This document shows positions 55,747-64,000 of a stretch of DNA of 64,000 bases, in pieces. This DNA is from an uncultured Methanosarcinaceae archaeon (GTDB lineage Archaea; Halobacteriota; Methanosarcinia; Methanosarcinales; Methanosarcinaceae), in contig CAWHXP010000003.1 of assembly GCA_963833425.1 (NCBI GenBank), forward strand, positions 320,001 through 384,000, read 5' to 3'. The position numbers were made by a program, and so were the translations under genes. Under the pieces are notes generated by a model. That model did not search any database, had not been told where the DNA came from, and saw nothing but the letters and a program-made list of their open reading frames with translations. Position 1 is the stretch's first letter. The number at the start of each line of letters is the position of its first letter.

Positions 55747-58614
55747 ATGAAACATAGGATTTACAAGTATTATCCTGAGGACTTCGGAAAGCTTACATTT
55801 GAAGTTTTGCACATGGACCTTATTTTTGATGTCTATGATGACAAGACTAATGTGAAATCCATGCTAAGGGTAAGGACCAAAGATGAGCCTATAGAGAAAC
55901 TGGAATTAAACTGCAAGGACCTTGAGATTAGAGCCGTAAGCTGCATACAGTATGAGGTCTCTTACAAATATAGGAAACATGATGCGATTCTTGAAATTAA
56001 TTTTATGGATATAATCCCCCCACATACTGAGATCTCGGTCATTACGGATACAGTTTGCAGGCCAACCAAAAATATCCTTGAGGGTCTGTACTATGACGAG
56101 ACTCCAGCAGGAGCTCCGCAGCAGCAGATCACACAATGCCAACAGTGGGGTTTCCAGAGGATCGTGCCCTGCATTGATGACATGAGAGCAAAGTGCACTT
56201 ATAAAACTACCATAATTGCAGACTCAAGGTATACTAACCTTATCACAAATGGAAATATCCTGGTCAATCGGCGAACCTTAAAGCCTGGAAGGGACAAAAT
56301 AGTTTATGAGAACTCGATCACTCCAATGGCTACATATCTCTTTTTCCTTGGGGTGGGAACTTATTCGACCTTTACTAGGAAGTTTGAGTACCCTGATGGA
56401 GGAACCTTCATGATTGAGCTGCTCGTGCCACCCGGTTCAAGCGCAGAAGCTGCAGAAAAAGCCCTCAGCATTCTGCATGATGCAATTATGTGGGTGTACA
56501 TCTTTACAGGGCCTGAGCAGTTCGACGAAGAAAAATTGCCGATCAGGAAGAAAGTCTGGGAACTTGTCCGCAAGCAAGAGAAAATAAAACTTGAGACAAA
56601 GTCCGAATCCATGCTAAGAGAATCCGCGAAGGTCAGGAATGATCTTACAGAACTTGTCAAAAAAATCAATCACGGGTATAAGTATACAGGTACCATATAC
56701 AGGGAAATAGGGATGCAGAATTCGGACTTTGGGGGCATGGAAAATGTGGGAAACACCACAATTACAACAAACCGCATTATGCCTTCCCCTTACACAACTG
56801 ACCCAGCTTTTGAGTATATGATTCGGGTCAAGTTACATGAATATTACCACAACGAGAACGGATCCGAAGTCACAGGAAAAAGCCCATTTGAGATTTGGTT
56901 GAATGAAGCTGTGACTGTGCACGTAGAAGAGCAGTATCACGCCTTACTCTTCGGCGAAGATTACCAGAGACTGAGCAGGGTGCTAGATCTCCTCGCGCCT
57001 GCATCTGGTACTCTAGCCCTGGACTCTGGAGCCGCTTCCATGCCAATTATCCCTGATGGTTTTAATGATCCTAATGATCTGATCACTGCAGTTACCTACA
57101 TAAAAGCCCCGGAATACGTGGGCATGGTCGAAACCTTGATCGGAAAAGATACATTTGCAAGGGGTCTAGATCTTTACTTCAGGAAATTCAGGCACTCTAA
57201 TGCAGGTACGCAGGATTGGATAGAAGCAATGGAAACAGAAAGCGGACAGCCCTTAAAAGAAATGTCTGAGACCTGGCTTAGACAGATAAAATTCCCCATA
57301 GTGGAGGTTTCAACTAAATACGAAAAAGCCTCACGAAAGTTCACTATCCTCCTGAAACAGAATGTTTCTGAGGGCGCAAAGCCATGGGAGTTTCCTTTCA
57401 GAGTGGCACTTGTGGATGTAAATGGAAATGACCTTGTAGAAGTTCTGGAAAGGGTCAGTGGAGAGACTGCGAAAATAACTGCTGAAAACGTGGACATTCC
57501 AGCCTTTCTCTCCCTGAATAGGGGTTATTCTTTTTATGGGAAACTTGTTTACAAAGCCAGCCAAGATGAGCTTTTGTTGCAGGTAAGAAAAGACAGAGAC
57601 ATAATAGGCAGATTTACAGCTTTTTATACCCTAGTTGACAGGGAAAAGATGAATCTCCTAACAAATTCTGAATCAAAGCCTTCAGAAGACTTTATTGAGC
57701 TCTACTACAGGCTCTTGAATGATCGACAACTTCTCGAAAAGGCAGGAGGCCAATTTTTGACCATCTTTGAGTCCGTGGAAGACGAGGAGTTTGCCCACCG
57801 TTACCAGGCACTCTATGATGTAAAGCAGAAGCTATTAAAGGCAGTTGCCTGGAAATACAAAAATTCAGTTGTTTCAGCCTACCGTTTTTTTGAAAATTCC
57901 TCAGTTATGAGGGATTCGACGTTAGAAGAAACAGCAAGAGTAATCAAAAGCAGACAGGCAAAAAATATATGTCTAGGCACCCTTGCAACCCTTGATACTC
58001 CTGACATCCATTTCCTCATAAAACAGCAGTTTGAGAATGCAACCTGCGCAACTGATAAGCTTAACGCATTTACTGCATACCTTAACAGCTCTGTATCTGA
58101 CAAAATTGAAGTCCTGAAAGCTTTTGAAGCAGAATCAATGCAAAATTTCGTTGCCTGGGAAGCCTTCCTCGCAGTTATAGGAAACAACAGCAGTGCTGAT
58201 GCTGTCAAACTGATTAGAGAAATGGGAAGATCAAAAGCTTTCAGAATTGAGCAAACAAATGACCAGCGAGCCCTTTACGGAAGCTTTGCTCGCAATCGCA
58301 AGAAGTCTCTCCAGACAGAAGAAGGCAGAGAGCTCTTTGCAGAAAGCCTACGAAAACTGGCATCGGTAAATGAGTATAGTACGGTCAATATGCTCAACGC
58401 TTTTGCAAATATAGACAAGATGGAGTTGAAGTATCATATCCCATTGATAAAAATCTTAGCAAATCTCATTGAAGAATTGGACTACCAGAAGTTTCCTAGC
58501 GTCCATAACCGGATTCGGAAACTCCTTCTTGGAGCTCCGAAAGCTGTCAAATCATATAGTATAGCTCACGGAGAAATTCAGGCTATGCAGCTGGAAAATG
58601 CTGAGAAGAAGTAA
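55747..58614 (+). CDS. pepN: M1-family aminopeptidase N
   Basis: TQCQQWGFQRI, GGMEN, HEYYH-x18-E, VTY.KA. Confidence 0.93.
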   Translation: MKHRIYKYYPEDFGKLTFEVLHMDLIFDVYDDKTNVKSMLRVRTKDEPIEKLELNCKDLEIRAVSCIQYEVSYKYRKHDAILEINFMDIIPPHTEISVITDTVCRPTKNILEGLYYDETPAGAPQQQITQCQQWGFQRIVPCIDDMRAKCTYKTTIIADSRYTNLITNGNILVNRRTLKPGRDKIVYENSITPMATYLFFLGVGTYSTFTRKFEYPDGGTFMIELLVPPGSSAEAAEKALSILHDAIMWVYIFTGPEQFDEEKLPIRKKVWELVRKQEKIKLETKSESMLRESAKVRNDLTELVKKINHGYKYTGTIYREIGMQNSDFGGMENVGNTTITTNRIMPSPYTTDPAFEYMIRVKLHEYYHNENGSEVTGKSPFEIWLNEAVTVHVEEQYHALLFGEDYQRLSRVLDLLAPASGTLALDSGAASMPIIPDGFNDPNDLITAVTYIKAPEYVGMVETLIGKDTFARGLDLYFRKFRHSNAGTQDWIEAMETESGQPLKEMSETWLRQIKFPIVEVSTKYEKASRKFTILLKQNVSEGAKPWEFPFRVALVDVNGNDLVEVLERVSGETAKITAENVDIPAFLSLNRGYSFYGKLVYKASQDELLLQVRKDRDIIGRFTAFYTLVDREKMNLLTNSESKPSEDFIELYYRLLNDRQLLEKAGGQFLTIFESVEDEEFAHRYQALYDVKQKLLKAVAWKYKNSVVSAYRFFENSSVMRDSTLEETARVIKSRQAKNICLGTLATLDTPDIHFLIKQQFENATCATDKLNAFTAYLNSSVSDKIEVLKAFEAESMQNFVAWEAFLAVIGNNSSADAVKLIREMGRSKAFRIEQTNDQRALYGSFARNRKKSLQTEEGRELFAESLRKLASVNEYSTVNMLNAFANIDKMELKYHIPLIKILANLIEELDYQKFPSVHNRIRKLLLGAPKAVKSYSIAHGEIQAMQLENAEKK

Positions 58615-58727
58615 GTTCGCAATTATACCTCTTTTCTGTTGTGGAAAAATAAGATACAGGAGAGAAATTTTGATCAAAATTTTTAATTGTGAGTATTTTG
58701 ATAAAACTTCTATACATTTGAGCATTG

Positions 58728-59420
58728 GAGAATTTAAATCTCTCAACAATAATTTTTACTCATGAAAAATCCGACCGATTTCGCTCTCAAAGAAGATTTC
58801 AAACATCTTAATTCAGTTGGAGACAAACATTGTGAGATTAGCCCCTTAATAATTGAAAATCATTTCGTATCAGTTTTAGGTCCATACTTTAATAAAACCG
58901 TTTTCTGAAACAGACCTAAAGCTGAAGTTATCGTTATGTTTAAAATGCTTGTTTTACACTAATGGCAGGGTTTTTTTTCGACTTTAAACTTGAGAAAAAA
59001 ATTAATTAATCGAATTTTATTCAAAATAGTTCTTATTTTTCCTGAGTACTTACCAGACAGTACCACAGTCTAATAATTCTGAAAAGATTTATTGGTAATA
59101 GTAAAGAAGAACAAATATGGGAACAGTTTCAAAGCCAAATTTGTTGCCTTGGTTCAAAATAGAAAAGGAACTATTCAGAGAACTACTTTTATCCATTCAG
59201 ATTCTGGACATACAAAAGCAGATAAACCTCGAGAAAATGAAGCAGGAACGAAATTTGAACAAAAAGATACTAAGTAACACTTTGGATATAAATTTCATAT
59301 TAATAATAGATAAGGATTATGAGATGATCAGAAATTCAAAACAATAACCGGATAACTTTTAATTCTCAGATAGATTTATCCGAAAAATAAGTGGTTTACA
59401 GGACCAAAAGGAGTATTTTA
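58728..59420 (+). mobile_element. old, decayed IS5-family copy
   Basis: MKNPTDFALKEDFK..VGDK..RPKAEVIVMFKMLVL..PDSTTV..KEEQIWEQ..FIHSDSGHTKADKPR..FGYKFH. Confidence 0.85.
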
Positions 59421-59879
59421 AAGATAAATCAATCTATTTTTAAAATGAAAGAATAATAAACCAGAAAAATAATGAGGTCAAATATAAAAATTAGAAGGAC
59501 AGAATTTCCGCGAAGAAAAAAATTAGAGTAAATCCAAATCTTCTAAAAATATAAACTTCTAAGGCGCTCAATCTTAAATTCTTATGATTTCAAACATGCT
59601 TACAATTTAGGCTAGAGATCATATAAAAAATGAATCACATTCTTTTAAGATACGATTCCCATAGACAACAAGAGGCTGAAGATAAATATTTTTGTTCATC
59701 TATTACTTCTTCCGTTATTAAGTAAAAAACGGAAATTCTGAAAATATACTTTTTACACGGTTATAGCTATTTTGAGTAATTTTTGTAACAAAAACTTGGT
59801 TTTTAAGTGAGGACTTTCCGAATTTTAGAGATTTGTGATAAATGAAATAACATGTTCAGTATAAACCCTTGTTTACAGA

Positions 59880-60821
59880 CTAAAAATCGAGTCTCTTAAA
59901 AGCATGATAAGAACCCAGTACTTTTAAAGTATCAACTTTGCCTTTCAGTTCTTCTAAGACATATTTTATAACCGCATTGCTTGCATACCCTTCAAAATCG
60001 ATATAGAAGTAATAATCTCCTAAGCCCCTTTTCGAAGGCCTTGACTCAATTTTTGTCAGATTAATTTTTCTTTTTGCAAAAGCCCCAAGTATATCATATA
60101 AAGCCCCTTGTCTATTTTTTTCAAGATATATAATCAGGGAAGTTTTGCAAGCTGAAAGGCTAAGCTTCTCGGGTTCTATTCCAAGTTCATACTGGAACTT
60201 AGATCCTGATTCCAATCCTAACTGTAATTTCCTTTTGGTATTTGAAGCAAGTGAAACCTGTTCAAATGAATTGGCTTTCCCGGCTTTCAAAACAATGAAA
60301 CGAGTGTAGTTTTCTTTCTGGTCTTGTATGTTTGAAAGAAGAATTTTCAGCCCATAACACTCTGCGGCCTCAGGTGACGCTATTGCTGCCATTTCTTCGA
60401 ACTCTCCTGCGAGTCTGGCTGCATGGGAAGTACTGCCTGTGCTCCGGAGTTCTGCCTTAGGGAGATATTTTTTTAGGAAATTTCTACACTGAGCAAGCCC
60501 CTGTGGATGCGAGAGAATGATCCTGACATTATCGAGCCTACCTTTAGAGAGTAAACAGTGTTCTATTTTGAGAACAATCTCTCCAACTATTACAGCTTCA
60601 TTTTCGAGAAAAAGGTCAAGAGTGATACCTACTGAGCCTTCAATAGAATTCTCTACTGGTATTATGGAAATATCTGATTTTCCTTGGACCGCCGCCAAAA
60701 ATGTATCCTCTATGTCTGCAAAGTATTGAATTTCTGCGTCGATCAAGCCACATTTTAGAATCCACAACTTTGCAGCTTTTTCTGAGTATGAGCCTTCAGG
60801 CCCCATTACGCCTATGATCAT
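59880..60821 (-). CDS. pheA: prephenate dehydratase
   Basis: GPEGSYSE, PVENSIEGSV, SHPQGLAQC, N.TRF, ACT domain with IESRPS. Confidence 0.95.
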   Translation of the reverse strand: MIIGVMGPEGSYSEKAAKLWILKCGLIDAEIQYFADIEDTFLAAVQGKSDISIIPVENSIEGSVGITLDLFLENEAVIVGEIVLKIEHCLLSKGRLDNVRIILSHPQGLAQCRNFLKKYLPKAELRSTGSTSHAARLAGEFEEMAAIASPEAAECYGLKILLSNIQDQKENYTRFIVLKAGKANSFEQVSLASNTKRKLQLGLESGSKFQYELGIEPEKLSLSACKTSLIIYLEKNRQGALYDILGAFAKRKINLTKIESRPSKRGLGDYYFYIDFEGYASNAVIKYVLEELKGKVDTLKVLGSYHAFKRLDF

Positions 60822-62238
60822 CTAAGAAATTAATTGGGGTTGATAGTAATAGTATTTTTTGATGATCCGAAATTCTGGTGTTTCAATGGTATATTTGGTC
60901 GTGCCATATTAGATATAGCCGTGCTGATTTCTATTTATTCAAATTTATTTCTTCGCGGTGATCCTGTCCAAATCGTTCTCGTTAATTTTTATATTTGACC
61001 CTAATAAGAAATTGATTAAATGTTTAAAACAGTCTTTGAGGAAATTAGGCACCTTTATGGGTAGATAATAAATCTGAAAAAACATGCATTAAAAAGCCTA
61101 CCCGTGTTATGGATAAGATTTCGTCTAAAGATTTCGATATAAACTGCACAAAAGAAACCGGAAATCAGTAAGAGAATATAAACATTAAATTAAAAAGGTC
61201 TGTAATTAAGCTTTTAGAAGCTTGTTAGGCAAATGTTTAACTGCTTCCGATTAACAGTTAAAATTTACTGAATGCACTAATATCTAGTTTATCCCACAGC
61301 TTACTTTACACTAAAAAATATGATATCATAACTTAGAAGTTACTTTTCATATCTTATATTCCGAATAACCTAACAAATTCTGGATCATAAAATCAATTCG
61401 GAAATATTACAACTATCAAAAAAGAATGGTTTTGAAGATGAGCTTATTTAGAAGTATTCAGTATTTATGTATTTACTAATTATATTGTGGGATGAAATAG
61501 GACTTGTATTCAAATAAAAGGATATATACAAGCAAGCAACATCAACATAGACTTGTAATGATAAATATACTGTTCTTATCGTAGAGTTTACTCCAAAAAT
61601 AGCTATTTGAATTGATTCCGCAAAGAATATCGATATTTTCAAGGAAATCAGCGATTATGCAATTGATAGGCCGTTCTCCTCTAGCTAAAGTATTTTGAAA
61701 AAAATTCTAATTTAAATAGATAAAGATCTTCGCTATTTAGAGTGGAAAATTTAAAATCATCCTCCAAATAGGATATAACATATTTAATATTTGAAAAAAT
61801 TTTGTTTGAAAAAAACATTACGAATCGACAATTCCTCTTCGGTTTAGTTACTTCAATTGAAAAATTATTTTCAAACAATACAAAACATCGAGAGCCATTT
61901 TCTGCATGTATATTACCTGGATATTCGCAATAAACTGCGTATTTGCCATTTGGTTTATGCACATTTAGCTCAAAGCCCACCCTTAGCATAGCTCGTCTTT
62001 CCTAAGATCCTTACTACTAAGCCCAAAAGATTTCTACTCGCCAAACATTTACTTTTTACAGTCAAACTGTCTGCGAGTTAGATCTATTAATACCCGAACA
62101 CACCATTGTTTCGGATATATATATGAACAAATAAAAATATTAATAACTTAGTTAAAAATGCTGAAACTCATAGATTTTTTGATGCAAAATTCGGTAATCA
62201 ATGATATAAAGCAAATCGGATTTAAAAGAAAAAATTAA

Positions 62239-62325
62239 GATGGTTTCAATGAACCTCATATTTTCACGAAATAATCACACTGATTAAAATCACATAATAA
62301 AAATTAGATATTTATCGAAATCATC
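62239..62325 (-). mobile_element. MITE family A copy (degenerate)
   Basis: ends tatttatcgaaatcatc; internal ttttcacgaaat. Confidence 0.6.
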
Positions 62326-62361
62326 CTTATTTTTCAGACACAACTTTTTTACATGCCACAG

Positions 62362-63334
62362 GGCTCTGTAGAAATGCTCTAAATTCAACTTTTACACTAT
62401 AGTATTATAACTACTCAGTTATAATATTCCCCTTATTTTTTCGCTAAAAACGAAGGAACGTTCAATATTTAAATTTAATAAGTACATTAAATTTGTTGAT
62501 ACTAGTTTTGAAAGTTCAGTCTTCGAGACTAAAGCTTTATTCCTGCAAGTATTCAAAATACGTTTATACCCAGCACCAGCTTCTCGAACTGTTTTTATTG
62601 AAAGAGTAGATTAGTATAGCCTATCGAAATTTTGTAGAACTTATTAACCTTATGAGCGATATAAAAGAAAAGCTCGCTCTTGATAAGATTCCACATTTTA
62701 TTACCCTTCAAAAATTTGTAACCATATTCCCTCCTCTCTGTTTAACCTCTTCTGCCAAGGATTCTAAAGCTGTTTTATTCATATGGATAAAGGGTCTCTG
62801 TTGCAGCGATTGATGCAACAGGATTTACGAGTTCATATGCAAGTTATTATTATTCCAGAAAAACAGGGAGCTTCAATATCATTAGACATAAGTAATAAGG
62901 TAATATTGGGATGGAAAATTAGTCAAAAAACAGACCATGAAATCAAACATGCAAATGCTTTGAAAGGCAATCAAATAAGATGTGAAAGTCTGATTGTTAT
63001 GTAATGGATAAAGGATACGATTCAGAAAAAAATATATTCTATAAGTAGATAAGAAATCAAAGCAGATTCAATTATACCTGTAAGAGAGAGAAAAAGGAAG
63101 AAAAATAAGAGGAAAATATAGGAAACAATCAAACCTAGTCTTTGACAAAATTAAATATAATCAAAAAAATATTGTGGAGACAATGTTTTCTGTAGTAAAA
63201 AGAAAATTAGGAGAAATACTAAGGACAAGGATATTCCTTATCAAGTAAAGGAGACTAAAATTAAATTAACAGTATACAACACGAACAAAAACGTTATAGA
63301 AATAATTTACATCAAATTAAGGATTTCTGCAGCC
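62362..63334 (+). mobile_element. decayed IS5-like DDE element of a second lineage
   Basis: TIRs ggctctgtagaaat / atttctgcagcc; MDKGYDSEKI..IIPVR..Y.QKNIVETMFSVVKRKLGE. Confidence 0.8.
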
Positions 63335-63784
63335 TGCATCAGTACCATTTAATAGCACAAATGGCTCAAAATATAAATCAATTATTCAAGAACGTACCAA
63401 AAAGAAGATTTCCATCCCACAGCAAGATACTGGTTATTAGCTAAATTTAAAATCCCAACATTTCACACCCATCTAGTGGATAAGTTACTTAAAATTAGAT
63501 CTAAAGTAATGATTCCAAAGTATAGCCAAAAAAGCTGTAAGAGACCTATTTAATTAGATGTGATCAAACTTATCACCAATATATCCTAATCAGCGAATGG
63601 AAAACAAAAAGGTACTTGAAAAATAAATCAAGTAAAAAATATGAGAAATTTACGCCGTTTGCAGCACTCGAGCATTCTGGTTACACAGCCAGAAACTTTG
63701 CCAACTGAGTTAAAGCGGTTTTCTGATGAAAACTGTTGAGATCTGCAGTTATTCTTATACAAATATCCTAGAGTATAAAATTCA

Positions 63785-63859
63785 TGGGCCTGACCGGATT
63801 TGAACCGGTGACCGCTCGGTTATGAGCCGAGCGCTCTAACCTGACTGAGCTACAGGCCC
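63785..63859 (-). tRNA. tRNA with CAT anticodon, probably tRNA-Ile2 (agmatidine type)
   Basis: GGGCCTG/CAGGCCC acceptor, CTCGG-CTCATAA-CCGAG anticodon arm; G1-C72 GGGCC start is Ile-like, not initiator-like. Confidence 0.85.
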
Positions 63860-64000
63860 TTATTGAATCTATACATCTTAAGTGATTAGTTAGCAGCTAG
63901 TATGAAGCTATAACCCTTATTATAACAGTTAAAGGGGCTTGTATTCTTCGAGAAAAAGTGAACTTTAGATTGTACAAAAGTCTTACGCCGCTTGCAGGGC

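Noticed and set aside
60150..60290. ~40-aa insertion in PheA before the ACT domain
   Set aside because: In-frame interdomain linker; no evidence of an intein or mobile element
61448..61989. Two minus-strand ORFs (64 and 102 aa)
   Set aside because: No recognisable motif or convincing RBS; may be a decayed gene, but I cannot support a call
204..62325. Recurrent TTTCGATAAAC repeats as a CRISPR array
   Set aside because: Dispersed, arranged as inverted pairs, matching the IS5 TIRs; no regular spacers and no cas genes

Overview
AT-rich archaeal window, most consistent with Methanosarcina or a close relative (mfnB, cofG-cofH-cofC, afpA, frh, MC1, methanogenesis marker 8, PGF-CTERM protein). The main signal is heavy genome decay. 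Intact CDSs sum to only about 26 kb of 64 kb (~41% by my hand sum). The gaps hold recognisable pseudogenes (MC1, a second cofH, marker 8, a SAM methyltransferase, a CxxC-x17-CxxC protein) and remnants of IS5, IS110, IS200/IS605 and IS1-like elements. There are four young IS5-family copies that share the same inactivating lesions, and two MITE families (about 12 and 7 copies). An intact, markedly GC-rich frhADGB F420-reducing [NiFe]-hydrogenase operon (34.5-38.1 kb) looks recently imported. Other intact loci are a DtxR-family regulator with a Zn/Mn ABC importer, a GT2 glycosyltransferase, trx-ccdA, an orphan SsuA-like binding protein, a TetR gene divergent from two tandem small paralogues, a nitroreductase, YqhA, a TPR protein, adenylate kinase, a repeat surface protein, pepN, pheA, tRNA-Gly(CCC) and tRNA-Ile2(CAT). 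All calls come from reading motifs by eye. No database searches were run, and pseudogene boundaries are approximate.
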